From the NCBI GenBank assembly GCA_977020255.1, contig CDROCS010000506.1:310001-374000 (forward strand): 64,000 nucleotides of DNA. The letters are read 5' to 3'. This stretch comes from Obrimoposthia wandeli (Eukaryota). How positions within the stretch are numbered: the first letter of the stretch is position 1; every line of letters begins with the position of its first letter. Of this stretch, positions 41,581-52,240 are shown one piece after another. The notes beneath the pieces are model-generated. The model searched no databases. It was not told the origin of the DNA and saw only the letters and a list, made by a program, of their open reading frames with translations. A program made the translations under genes and the position numbers.

Positions 41581-43110
41581 TTAACCTGCTTGTTTGTGAT
41601 AAGTGTGAGTTAAAGGGTTAGCGTCAGTGTGCTCAGCTGTACTCTTATCACAAGTACTCGTTTCAAAAGCACTCTTATCACATATACTAATAGCTACTTT
41701 TTCAGCCTCTGTTGCGACTAAGCTGATACCCTGTTTCTCTAACGTATCGCGAATATTATCCGCTTGTGTCGTTAACATGTTATGCGCCAGTAATAACGGC
41801 ATTGCCGCCACTAGGCCTAGTACCGTAGTGATAAGTGCCATTGAAATACCACCCGCCATCACTTTCGGATCGCCATTACCAAATTGCGTGATCACTTGGA
41901 ATGTTTCAATCATACCGGTTACCGTACCCAGTAAACCGAGCATCGGCGCTAGCGCTGCAAGTAGTTTCAGCATAGAGAGACCTTTCTCTAAACCTTGCTG
42001 TTCATCAACCACAACTTCCATTAAACGTAACTCTAACGCTTCCGTATTATGATGCAGTGCTGATTTAACGTTACTGTCTACATACACTTTTAAAATACGT
42101 CCTAATGGGTTATTACCTATCACGCTAGGGTCGGCTAATTGTTGTGTAATTTGACGGCGAATAAAGACTAATTTCATGCCTTGAACAATCGCGATAAACA
42201 AACCAACAATCAGTAATGAGATAATCACATAGCCGACTGTACCGCCATTTTGTAGACGATCTTTTAACGTTGGCGTATTTTCTAATTGCGCGAGCATCAC
42301 ACCGCGAGAAGGATCGAGAACCACAACATTGCCAGCCGTATTTGGAGTTGCTAAGTTAGCAGCTGTAGGACCATTTTCAGGTTGTTTTAGATAAGCGGTA
42401 GCAGTTTGCTTTTCGCCATTCCACGCTAAATAACCTTGTTCATCAACAATGCCCATGCTGCCTAGGCGCACAACTGATTTAGTGGATAACTGACCTGTCC
42501 CATCAATCACTGCGACATTAACGGTTTTAATCTCACCGCTGGCTTTAATTTGTTCCGCTAACCCTGACCATAAGCCCGTTAACTGCACCATTGACGGCAA
42601 TGTTTTAGCGGCAACAATATCTGCAATAACAGGGGCAAACGTCGCGCTATCAATAGCTGTAACAGCAGTATTAACTTCGCTACTCAATTGTTTTGCTGAT
42701 TGACGCACGACACCAAATAGTTCACCTAAACTGCCAGTTTCTAAACGTAACCGCGTTTCTTGCTTGGCGAGTTGTTCTTCATTTTCAGTAAATTGCTGAC
42801 TTAACGTTTCAGTTTCAGCTTGCAGTTGGCGCTGCGTTGCTAATAACACCTTACGTTGCTGCTTAATCTCTTGTTCTGTTAATTTAAAACCAGTTTCACG
42901 TTGCTTTAACGCTTTTGTAAGCTGCTTGTTATCTTGTTTAGTATCGTTAAGTAATTGTTTACTTACTGCTTGAGCATCGTTATTTGCTGTAGCCGCAGTC
43001 GCGAGTAAAGGAAGCGAGCCAATAGCAAGGGTGCTTAATAGCAACGCCTTCGTTAAAAATGATGGTTTAAAAACTGATTGTGCTTTCGTTATTGCAATAA
43101 ACGGTTTCAT
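41581..43110 (-). CDS. TtpC-like large ExbB-family protein
   Basis: Signal peptide, periplasmic coiled coil, C-terminal APMLGLLGTVTGMIETFQ...GGISMALITT. Confidence 0.9.
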   Translation of the reverse strand: MKPFIAITKAQSVFKPSFLTKALLLSTLAIGSLPLLATAATANNDAQAVSKQLLNDTKQDNKQLTKALKQRETGFKLTEQEIKQQRKVLLATQRQLQAETETLSQQFTENEEQLAKQETRLRLETGSLGELFGVVRQSAKQLSSEVNTAVTAIDSATFAPVIADIVAAKTLPSMVQLTGLWSGLAEQIKASGEIKTVNVAVIDGTGQLSTKSVVRLGSMGIVDEQGYLAWNGEKQTATAYLKQPENGPTAANLATPNTAGNVVVLDPSRGVMLAQLENTPTLKDRLQNGGTVGYVIISLLIVGLFIAIVQGMKLVFIRRQITQQLADPSVIGNNPLGRILKVYVDSNVKSALHHNTEALELRLMEVVVDEQQGLEKGLSMLKLLAALAPMLGLLGTVTGMIETFQVITQFGNGDPKVMAGGISMALITTVLGLVAAMPLLLAHNMLTTQADNIRDTLEKQGISLVATEAEKVAISICDKSAFETSTCDKSTAEHTDANPLTHTYHKQAG

Positions 43111-43904
43111 TGGGCATTACCTACACGTTGCGCAGTGGTCACAGGAAGAGAAATTAAGCTTGGCGCAATTTGTTTATTGGCCATTTTGAAGGCTTTGTCG
43201 ATATCACCAGTATGTTCAGTGATCGTGACCCATTCTTGACGTTCATCGTGCCACTGCCAATAAGTTTGACTATCTAAACTACGGGCAACAAAGGCGACAC
43301 GACCAAGGTGGAGTAAATCCACAGTGATAGGTTGTCCAAGTGACGTCAGTGCGATTTCATCTTGATACACGCCTAACTTAGTACCGTAATCAATTTCGAT
43401 TTGGTAGGCTTCTAATATGCGGCGATATTTTTCTGCATCGCTCACATCAGCCTGACCCATCATGGTATTTAATTTTTCTAATCGTGCTAGGCGTTGCTGT
43501 TTTTTAATCGGTTTGCCCGTTTGAATAATGTCATCTAAACCCGCTAACATTTTGTACATCAATGGCACTATGCCTTGGCGAGTTGATTTTATCCCTTGTA
43601 ATTGTTCTTCTAACGAGCCCAGCTCTTGGTTTTGATTGTTCACTAATTTAGCCAGGTGATCACGGTATACAGCTAAGTTATCAACCTCTTCCTGTAGTCG
43701 TTCAATTTCTGCTTGCATGCTTAAAGTACGATCTGCACTGCTATCAATTTTATGCTGACTGTGGGCCGCCGTATTATTCATTTTTTGAGTCAGAGCTTGT
43801 GCGCTATCAATTGCTTGCGCGCTGCTCGCTGACACTAAAGGACTAAAGGTAGCACTACTTAATGCAGCCACCAGAACGAGAGAGTAAGTTTTATTTTTAA
43901 GCAT
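43107..43904 (-). CDS. DUF3450 / TtpB-like periplasmic protein
   Basis: Signal peptide, coiled coil, AEKYRRILEAYQIEIDYG and LHLGRVAF motifs. Position directly before ttpC. Confidence 0.88.
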   Translation of the reverse strand: MLKNKTYSLVLVAALSSATFSPLVSASSAQAIDSAQALTQKMNNTAAHSQHKIDSSADRTLSMQAEIERLQEEVDNLAVYRDHLAKLVNNQNQELGSLEEQLQGIKSTRQGIVPLMYKMLAGLDDIIQTGKPIKKQQRLARLEKLNTMMGQADVSDAEKYRRILEAYQIEIDYGTKLGVYQDEIALTSLGQPITVDLLHLGRVAFVARSLDSQTYWQWHDERQEWVTITEHTGDIDKAFKMANKQIAPSLISLPVTTAQRVGNAQ

Positions 43905-44060
43905 AATTAATCTACATTCGAGTTAAAATTAAAAAAGGATTAAAACCACAAAAAGCAACAACCGACATCTATGGGATCCAAGAGTCGATTGCTGCTGTTT
44001 ATGAAGGTTTAGCTATTTAGCTTGAGCGTACGTTCGCTTAGCATATAGTCACCTGTATTC

Positions 44061-46139
44061 TTAGTAACGTAATTGGATTGAAGCCATGTAGTTACGACCT
44101 TCACCAACGATAGTTTTAGTTTGACTACCACCGGCTAAGTAATCCGTATCAAACAAGTTTTCAATGTTGAAACGTAATACTAGGTCCATGTCTTTATCGT
44201 AATTAATCGTGTGCGCAATACCGGTATCAAAACGTGTGTAAGCGTCTTTCTTATAAGTGTTTTCTTCATCACCGAAACGCTCACCAACATAGATAGCACC
44301 TAAGTTCACATCTGTGTTGTTCGCAAACGAGTAACGGCTCCAAACACTTGCAGAGAATTCAGGTACATCAGCAGGGCGCTTACCATCAAGTTCTGGATTC
44401 AATTCATCATGAATTTCAGCATCTAAGTAAGTCATTGAACCACTTAATGATAATGCTTCAGTCACGTAACCCATTGTGCTGAATTCAGCACCACGGTGAA
44501 CTTGCTTACCAGCTTGTGTTGTTTCAGTATCATAAGCGGGATCAGAGCTATCTCGATCAATCACAACATTTTCTTGGGTAATATCAAAAATTGCCCCTGA
44601 TACAAACAGCTGGTTATCCATTAATTCCCACTTCGAACCAAGTTCATATAATGTGCCTTTTACAGGGTCTAGTTCCATGTTTTCGTTAACATCTTTACCG
44701 CTACGTGTACTAACTGGATCCTTGGGTTCAAAACTCTCAGAATAAGTGGCATAAATCGAGCCATTTTCTTTAGGGTGATAAATTAAGCCTAATTTAGGTA
44801 ATACATTGTTATAGGTATGATCTTCATTTACTTCACGATCAAAGCGTAAACCAGCAAGTACTTGCCATTGGTCGTTAACGGTTATCATATCTTGAACATA
44901 AATACCGTAAGAATCGCGCTCTGTTAAGCTGGTACTTGGGTCTGAATAATCAAAATCTTTTTCTAATGAATCACCGACAGATATATTAGTAGTTGCAGCA
45001 CTATAACTAACTTTTGAATAGTAATAACCTAACCAGTTTGCACCAACCAATGTTTGATGTTGCATGCCGAAAGCATCGAATTCACCTACAAAATCAACAA
45101 ATGCAGTATTGAATACCCAGTGATCACTACGATCAAAAGCGCTATAACTAATAGTTCCAGCATTTGAGTCATATGTATTAAATTTTGTAGAACTTTCAAC
45201 ATCATGACGTCTGAAATCTTGATTGTTATAACCTAATTTCATATTCCAGTTGTCAGATAACTGCGCGGCAATATCAAAACCAGCATTCTCTACGTCATTT
45301 TCAATATTTGACCATGCAGCATCCCAAATAAATTCATCGCCGCCTACTGGCTTACCATCAACAATGTAAGCACCTGAATCAACGCTACCGTTATCATTCG
45401 TTTTATCGTAATGCACTGATACAGTTACTTTGTCAGTTACGTCGTAATCAACAAATAGGCCACCAACAAAACGCTCTGTCGACGGTGTGCTACCATCGCT
45501 GTAGGTACGCCATGAATCGTAGCTTTGTTTTGATACAACAGCGCGGGCACGTAATGTTTGGTCATCATTTAATGAACCACTTACGTCTGCTGTTGTACGT
45601 GAATCATTGTTAGAGCCTAAATCTTGGCTGATATTCACTTGCGTTTCGTAAGTTGGTTTTTTCGCAACCATGTTTACTAAACCGCCTGGTGCTGATTTAC
45701 CGTAAAGTAGGCCTGCAGGACCTTTCAATACTTCAACACGCTCTAGCAGTTCAATAGGTTGACGGTAGTGCGACCAATGCTGTTTACCATCACGTAAGAA
45801 ACCACTGCTACTTTCTAAATCAAAACCACGTAATTTGAATGATTCACGGTTACGGCTTACACCACCCGCAGAAATACTTGAATCGTTTTTAAGCACGTCG
45901 CCTAACGTACTAGCGCGCTGCTCATCAATTAGCTGCTCGTCAATAACAGTTACTTGCCCTGGAGTTTCAAGCTGTGTTGCTTCAACACGCATTGCAGTAC
46001 TATTTGTATCAACTTTAAAACCATAATCACGACCGACAACTTCCATGTGCTCATCTGTTTCTACCGTTTCAGTAGAGTAAGCACCTGGCGCTGCAAGTAC
46101 CGTCGCTATTACGACAGCTAATCGAGTTTTACAAAACAT
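44061..46139 (-). CDS. TonB-dependent siderophore receptor
   Basis: Signal peptide, plug (RGF..RDG..ERVEVLKGPAGLLYG..PGGLVN), barrel ending NIENLFDTDY..GRNYMASIQLRY. Confidence 0.95.
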   Translation of the reverse strand: MFCKTRLAVVIATVLAAPGAYSTETVETDEHMEVVGRDYGFKVDTNSTAMRVEATQLETPGQVTVIDEQLIDEQRASTLGDVLKNDSSISAGGVSRNRESFKLRGFDLESSSGFLRDGKQHWSHYRQPIELLERVEVLKGPAGLLYGKSAPGGLVNMVAKKPTYETQVNISQDLGSNNDSRTTADVSGSLNDDQTLRARAVVSKQSYDSWRTYSDGSTPSTERFVGGLFVDYDVTDKVTVSVHYDKTNDNGSVDSGAYIVDGKPVGGDEFIWDAAWSNIENDVENAGFDIAAQLSDNWNMKLGYNNQDFRRHDVESSTKFNTYDSNAGTISYSAFDRSDHWVFNTAFVDFVGEFDAFGMQHQTLVGANWLGYYYSKVSYSAATTNISVGDSLEKDFDYSDPSTSLTERDSYGIYVQDMITVNDQWQVLAGLRFDREVNEDHTYNNVLPKLGLIYHPKENGSIYATYSESFEPKDPVSTRSGKDVNENMELDPVKGTLYELGSKWELMDNQLFVSGAIFDITQENVVIDRDSSDPAYDTETTQAGKQVHRGAEFSTMGYVTEALSLSGSMTYLDAEIHDELNPELDGKRPADVPEFSASVWSRYSFANNTDVNLGAIYVGERFGDEENTYKKDAYTRFDTGIAHTINYDKDMDLVLRFNIENLFDTDYLAGGSQTKTIVGEGRNYMASIQLRY

Positions 46140-46222
46140 ATTCCGTTATCTCCGATTCATCTTTCATTAATTTAAATTTCACGCCTACTTGAGTAGGTCG
46201 ACTTGATGAACAGGAGTCTAAT

Positions 46223-46237
46223 TGATAATCATTACCA
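46223..46237. promoter_or_regulatory. Fur box upstream of the receptor-TonB operon
   Basis: TGATAATCATTACCA matches 14/15 of the 7-1-7 consensus TGATAATnATTATCA. Confidence 0.85.
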
Positions 46238-46401
46238 TTTGCATCAAATTTACATTCTTTGCAATTGAAATGAACGGAAAGATTAATGAAGTACAAAGAG
46301 TGGTGCTTTATTGTTCGCAATTGCATACTAAAACGGCTTATTCCATATTGAAACAAGCCGTTTATATAAACCATATGTAAAACAAGAGACGTAAATACCA
46401 A

Positions 46402-47755
46402 TTACTGGATAGAAAAACGTAATTTAACCGTGACGCCATTATTTACATTAAGTTCCGCAACGGCTTCACCTCGCATGATAACCATCGCCTCCTTTACAAT
46501 AGCGAGTCCAAGTCCGTATCCACCAGCCTGTTTAGTCCTTGCTTGCTCAATACGTACAAAGGGGTCGAAGACACGCTCTAATTGCTGTGCGGGAATACCA
46601 ATACCATCATCTGCGATAATCACTTCAACAAATTCAGCTTGCTGCCTTACAGCTAACTCAATTCGAGCATGATCGCCAGCATACTTAATAGCATTCTCGA
46701 GTACATTTTTAACTGCTCTTAGGCATAAACGGTTATCCGCAAGCACCATCGCGGTCGCATTATCAAGTTCCACGACTAGTGATTGCTGTGGTTTAAGATC
46801 CAGCTCAATTTGCATGACCAAGATCTGACACAAAGACTCAAGTTGTGTTGGTACCAGCTTTACAGAAACATTCTCATGGCCTAAACGACTAAACTCTAAT
46901 ATCTCACTAACCAAGTTATTCATTTCTGCAGATTCATTATCAAGCTTATCGAGCAGTCCGCTCACATCCTCAGGGCAACGTTTACGCAGCAGATGTAACA
47001 GTAAACTGTGTCTCGCCAGCGGCGTTCTCAGTTCATGTGATACATCAGTACCATCAAATAATATGCATAATGTCGGTCTTGTGCTAATTGGTTAAACTCA
47101 GTGACACTCTTTCCTACTTGCTGAGAGGCGCGAATACTAAAGTCCCCTTCTGCGAGACTCCGACTTGCAGCCTGTAAGCGGTGTAAGGGTTGCTGTAAGT
47201 TTCGAGCAAGTAACAATGAAAATATGGCCAGTAAGATACTGGTAATAACAAATTGAATAGCAGCAAAATAATAAGGGAAATAATGGGCGGGATGTTGTTT
47301 ATCTGAAAACTGCACCACCAATTGATAACCAGGGCGTAGCGGTAATGCAATCACGGGTTTGTTGACTTTATTTTCTAAGATTGTGTCCAGTGGACGAATA
47401 AAGCGTAGCTTAAATTTAAAGTGCGGATGCATAACCCGCGTACTCACCGCTTCAAAATCATCTGTCAGCACAAATAACATTGTGCATTTCCCCTCTGCAA
47501 ACTCGGAGTGCGATCAGATTAGCAATACGTAGTTCGAAGCATGCATTTCGCTTGTTCGGCTAGGTCTAACATTTCAACTTTAACGTTGCTAGGCAGGTGT
47601 AGCATTACCCGCACTAACGCCATTTCGGCGATACTTTGCAAGCTCAGGATCAACACCAAGGTAATCGCGAAATAACTGAATAAACGAAACGCCAGTCCTT
47701 GGCGATCACCTAAAAAAAACAATTTTCTCGCCTTTTTTAAATCCATTAGCTTCAT
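46402..47755 (-). pseudogene. CpxA/PfeS-like sensor histidine kinase broken into three frames
   Basis: N-terminal TM (47519-47755), second TM plus HAMP (47028-47480), H-box DVSHELRTPLAR in frame with the HATPase ORF (NAIKYAG, DDGIGI, GGYGLGL). Confidence 0.85.
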
Positions 47756-48423
47756 ATAGCCATACTGCCTACATGTTCAAAAAAACTATAACCTTTACCA
47801 CGAACCGTTTTGATATGTAATTTAGATAAACCCGATTGCACCATCTTACGACGAATATTACTAATGTGCATATCGAGGTTACGGTCAAATGGGCATAAGT
47901 CTTTTTTCAATACCTGTTTTTGTAGTTCGCCTTTGGACACCACAATTTCATGGCGTGAAACGAGATATTCAAGTAACTCCGCTTCAGTGCCAGTCAGTGC
48001 TAAGCGTGATAACTGCGTTAAAATAGAGCTCTCACTACCTAAGTTCTGTCTTTGCTTCTCTAAACCAACACGACGTAACATTACCTGAATACGCGTTAAT
48101 AGCTCAGGTACATTATAAGGCTTAGCAATATATTGGTCAGCGCCCGCCTGCAAACAATCTAGCATAGCCGTTTCATCTGCTAACGCCGTTAACATCAGGA
48201 TCGGTGTTGCAAAACGCTGACAAATACGTCTCGCAACTTGTAAGCCATTAATATTCGGCAGCATCACATCAAGCAACACCAGATCGACAGGTTTAGCCTG
48301 CATATAGTTAAGCGCACTTTCACCACAATGTACGCTATGCACTTCATAGCCATCTTCTATTAACACTTCGGTTAATAATTCACATAATTGAACATCGTCA
48401 TCGACAATGAGAATTTGGGACAC
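47752..48423 (-). CDS. OmpR-family response regulator
   Basis: ILIVDDD, LLDVMLP, ADQYIAKPY; winged helix with LDMHISNIRRK..KTVRGKGY. Confidence 0.94.
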   Translation of the reverse strand: MSQILIVDDDVQLCELLTEVLIEDGYEVHSVHCGESALNYMQAKPVDLVLLDVMLPNINGLQVARRICQRFATPILMLTALADETAMLDCLQAGADQYIAKPYNVPELLTRIQVMLRRVGLEKQRQNLGSESSILTQLSRLALTGTEAELLEYLVSRHEIVVSKGELQKQVLKKDLCPFDRNLDMHISNIRRKMVQSGLSKLHIKTVRGKGYSFFEHVGSMAI

Positions 48424-48437
48424 AGCTAAAATACCTT

Positions 48438-48456
48438 AATGGAAATAATTCGTATT
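48438..48456. promoter_or_regulatory. possible Fur box upstream of the two-component operon
   Basis: AATGGAAAT-A-ATTCGTATT imperfect 9-1-9 palindrome resembling AATGAnAATnATTnTCATT. Confidence 0.4.
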
Positions 48457-48522
48457 AGTATTTTAATGAAGTTCTGTCTTTAGTACAACAAGCAATATGC
48501 ATCTCTTGATTAAGATCAATAA

Positions 48523-49296
48523 TTAATCCCAATCTTCTGCGACAAACTGAATCATCAGCTCATCATTCTGATACATGTTTAAGAACGGCCATTGCACTTT
48601 AATGGCATTAACTTCTCCAAGAGTCTGCTGTAATTTTTGTTCAACAGCATTACCATTAGGATCCGCACACGCCATTAAAGTCGAGCCAACAGGTCCTAGC
48701 TTAAGTAACGAATTGGCCACTTGATCATCTTCAAATAGGTGCTGTATTTGCCCAAAGAAATTATTACAGCCCGAGAACCCAGATAAACGATTACCAGCAA
48801 TGGTAATATTCGCTGGTTGTTCTAACATCATCGGATTAACATTACCTAAGCCTGTTAGCTGTTTCAAATTCCACTTTCTATTTTCAGTTAACATGGTATT
48901 CGGTGCATAATGATTTTGTTTTTTATCCACTTCAGCAAGCAACTTATACGCTAAACTTGAAGCATCTGCCGCGGGGTTCGCCACTTCAGATGTCTCCACC
49001 GATAATTTATAAAACGAACCAGGTGTATATTCAAAACCAGCAATATCATTATAGAAATACTGCCACTCTGTGGTTTTACCATCAACGACTTTGTTCACGA
49101 CCAAGCACTGCATCGGGACGATACCTTGACAGGCAACACGTTCAGGCGCTACCCAATAAGTTTCCGTTTTCGCGACAGCTGTATTGCTGCTATCACTATC
49201 AGCTCCATCCTCATTCAAGTTTCCACTTGTACAACCAATCAGTAAGCCGCTTAACATACCTGTTAATAATAAAGATGCTGGCAATTTAAATTTCAT
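48523..49296 (-). CDS. lipoprotein with DUF4377-like and META (HslJ-like) domains
   Basis: Lipobox LIGC, VAPERVACQGIVPMQCL..IAGFEYTPG, then SGFSGCNNFFG..GSTLMAC. Confidence 0.88.
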   Translation of the reverse strand: MKFKLPASLLLTGMLSGLLIGCTSGNLNEDGADSDSSNTAVAKTETYWVAPERVACQGIVPMQCLVVNKVVDGKTTEWQYFYNDIAGFEYTPGSFYKLSVETSEVANPAADASSLAYKLLAEVDKKQNHYAPNTMLTENRKWNLKQLTGLGNVNPMMLEQPANITIAGNRLSGFSGCNNFFGQIQHLFEDDQVANSLLKLGPVGSTLMACADPNGNAVEQKLQQTLGEVNAIKVQWPFLNMYQNDELMIQFVAEDWD

Positions 49297-49719
49297 ATTA
49301 ATAAACCTTTTTTGTTTTCCACTAAACTGAATAAGAAAATAACATGGACCGACCTTTGCTAAACAAACAACACGCTTTACGATGTGCTACTGTGCCTATT
49401 TTGTTATTTATACAGTATGGCATCGTATCGCCACACTAGTTCAGTTATTAATAGCTAAATTATTAATATTAACGATTCAACAAATAGTACATAAAGAGTA
49501 CATAAAGAGTATTTAATTAAGCATTAATGATACCGCTATCACACTTTGTTATTGTACTTACCTTTGCTGCCCTATCCTCCCTAAAACACAAGATGACAAG
49601 CGCTTACATTCGCTTACACTTAATAGACAGAGCACGCTGGACTTAGTGTATGTTTATAATGATAATGCCCGCGCTACAGACTATCCCAGTCATTTTCCGA
49701 TATATACAATGGACATATA

Positions 49720-50412
49720 ATGAAAAAACTTATTCTTCCTGTACTTGCTGCTACCCTAATTTCAGGTTGCGGTAGCGTTGCACTCATGACTAAAACCAGC
49801 GAGCTAAAAGCACAGCCAGAAATGTTAATCAAAACAGATGGCGATTTTTGGGGGCTAGGCCAAGAAGGCAGCTTTGATATCGCAGGAAAATATACCGGTA
49901 AATACGATCGCAGTTCATCTGGTTCAACTTGGTTTAATACCATCAGCACCACAGAAGGTGACATGGTTGCAGAAATCACCCGTACAGATAATGGCAAGAC
50001 TTGGATATTAGTGTGTAGCGGTGGCGGTACCAGCGTCAACTTCAGCGGTTTATCATTCGGTGGTAACGACCCATACCGTTGTGACATTAGTGTTGATAAC
50101 AACACCGTTGGTGAATATGAAATGAAGCCATCAAGCGCAGCCATTTCACTTGATGTAGCAAAATATGAATCGGGTATTGTTCGTATCAACAACGAACACT
50201 TGAATGTAAAATCAGTACATAAGTCAGATGAATTGTTTATGACGGTTGAAAAGCCACTAGGCTATGTTTTTGAGCAAGGTACACAAAGTATCGCTGCAGT
50301 ACAAACCAATGGTTTACTGAGCTTACAAACGCTACCTGATTTATCAGCTGACAAGCAAGATTTGATCGCCGTGGGTTCTATCGCAAGTGCACTAAGCTGG
50401 CGCCCAGAGTAA
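49720..50412 (+). CDS. hypothetical lipoprotein
   Basis: Lipobox LISGC, 230 aa, beta-rich. Confidence 0.8.
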   Translation: MKKLILPVLAATLISGCGSVALMTKTSELKAQPEMLIKTDGDFWGLGQEGSFDIAGKYTGKYDRSSSGSTWFNTISTTEGDMVAEITRTDNGKTWILVCSGGGTSVNFSGLSFGGNDPYRCDISVDNNTVGEYEMKPSSAAISLDVAKYESGIVRINNEHLNVKSVHKSDELFMTVEKPLGYVFEQGTQSIAAVQTNGLLSLQTLPDLSADKQDLIAVGSIASALSWRPE

Positions 50413-50470
50413 GTCATACTTTCGTCATTATGTAATAATATCGAATTAACATAAAAGTGAACGTTGACAT

Positions 50471-50496
50471 AAAGGGCTGTTATCAGCAGCCCTCTT
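50471..50496. terminator. hairpin between convergent genes
   Basis: agggctg-ttatcag-cagccct followed by a pyrimidine run. Confidence 0.6.
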
Positions 50497-50564
50497 CTTC
50501 AGTCGTAATAACCTCAACTATCCCGTCATGATTACCACCGCTATAACAACTGTTATAACAACCG

Positions 50565-51008
50565 TTAGTCCGTTAGATTATTCAGCAATGCTTCACAACT
50601 CGCTTTCATCATCAGTAGTTCTTCTTTTGGTAAACCTGCCTGACAAAACATATTCAGTGGTACTGCTTTCGCTTGCTCTTTCAATGCAGAACCTGCTTCC
50701 GTTAAACACAATATACGCGCACGTTCATCTTCTTTACTGCGTTCGCGGCGAATAAGTCCCTTTAATTCTAACCGTTTTAACAAGGGTGTTAACGTGCCAG
50801 AATCAAGGTGTAGCTGCTCGCCTAATACCTTTACACTGATTTCATCTTGCTGCCAAAAAACTAACATCGTTAGATATTGTGGATAAGTGAGATCAAGGGC
50901 TTTCAACATTGGTCGATACGCGCGTACCATTGCATTTGTCGCGCTGTATAAAGCAAAACAAACCTGATTATCTAAGTGTAACATCGTCTCTTCATTCAAT
51001 TCTGACAT
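50565..51008 (-). CDS. ohrR: OhrR/OspR-type MarR family peroxide-sensing repressor
   Basis: LDNQVCFALYS sensing-Cys motif, LTYPQYL, LDSGTLTPLLKRLE, extra C-terminal Cys residues (2-Cys type). Confidence 0.88.
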   Translation of the reverse strand: MSELNEETMLHLDNQVCFALYSATNAMVRAYRPMLKALDLTYPQYLTMLVFWQQDEISVKVLGEQLHLDSGTLTPLLKRLELKGLIRRERSKEDERARILCLTEAGSALKEQAKAVPLNMFCQAGLPKEELLMMKASCEALLNNLTD

Positions 51009-51031
51009 CAGGGTAACCTCTATTATTTATC

Positions 51032-51042
51032 TTGCGCACAAT
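51032..51042. promoter_or_regulatory. putative OhrR autoregulatory operator
   Basis: TATCTTG-CGCA-CAATATA about 25 bp upstream of the start. Same core as the gpx site. Confidence 0.65.
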
Positions 51043-51342
51043 ATACTTAACTTTTTATAAATGTCGATAGATTTAAACCTAAGTAAATAAATAGCACATA
51101 ATCCCTAAACAAATAACACGGGCTGCCGATAAGATCTTAAGCAACTCTTTATGCATACTGTTACGTAACTATGTACGCAGACTTTTTATGCCAGCTTAGG
51201 CTATAAAAAATAACTATATAATTAGTAAAGAAAAAACATCACCATTATTGACGTTACGGCCTAATTATTGCTTAACCGTATACAGCGGATAAAAAATGCC
51301 GCTATAAATTATAAACGACTCGAATTAAGGCAGACTCAAGCT

Positions 51343-52239
51343 ATGTTTAATTTTTTCAACTCTAATAAAGTCCCTCTTGGACAAGTTCTTATTTCAGAAA
51401 CAGACTTAGCTGCACTGCAAAGTAAAGCCAACATTTTAGAGCAATTACAAAATAGTGGCGCACTATCTATTGCCCAAGAAATTACCCAGAATGCCCAAAA
51501 AGTAAATACCTCGTCAGCAAATAGACTCGGTAATATAGAACGAAATTTTGATTTGGTTCAAGGCTTTATGGAACAGTCAAAAGGCATTGAAAGCCTTTCT
51601 AATGATTCTTTCAATTCGGCACAAAACACAGCGAACATCTCTCAGACTGGTATTCAGCAACTTGAAGAATTGACTGGCAACATTACCGATTCTGCGCGCT
51701 TTATTGCCGAGTTCACTATTTTGCTAGCCAACTTAGACGATAACAACAAGAATATTGGTCAATTAGTTGACTCGATTAAAGGTATTGCCGATCAAACTAA
51801 CCTATTAGCGCTAAATGCGGCAATTGAAGCGGCACGTGCCGGTGAACATGGCCGTGGTTTTGCCGTCGTAGCCGATGAAGTACGCGCGTTAGCAAATACA
51901 GCAAATCAATCAGCAGATCAGATCCAAGGTGAAATGAAAAAAATCATGGATATCTCTGCGGCTATTATCAATAAGCAAAAGCAAGTAACCAACATTATTG
52001 ATGACAGTGTTGATATCGCGACTGTAACGATGAAAAGCTTACAAGAACTGGTATCGCAAGCGAATTCAAGCTCAAGCTTGGTTGAACAAACGATCAGTCA
52101 AGTTCAGCAGCAGTTAAGCCATTCGAACACTATCCAAACTGGCATGGACGCGTTGATCTCAGATACTCGTGAAGCATTAACTGGTTCATCAAACAACGTA
52201 CAGTTAGGCGAGCAACTGGTTACTAAACTGCGTTTTTAA
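51343..52239 (+). CDS. soluble methyl-accepting chemotaxis signalling-domain protein
   Basis: [37 protein letters not shown] hairpin tip, no TM segment. Start likely ATG 51343. Confidence 0.88.
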   Translation: MFNFFNSNKVPLGQVLISETDLAALQSKANILEQLQNSGALSIAQEITQNAQKVNTSSANRLGNIERNFDLVQGFMEQSKGIESLSNDSFNSAQNTANISQTGIQQLEELTGNITDSARFIAEFTILLANLDDNNKNIGQLVDSIKGIADQTNLLALNAAIEAARAGEHGRGFAVVADEVRALANTANQSADQIQGEMKKIMDISAAIINKQKQVTNIIDDSVDIATVTMKSLQELVSQANSSSSLVEQTISQVQQQLSHSNTIQTGMDALISDTREALTGSSNNVQLGEQLVTKLRF

Positions 52240-52240
52240 T

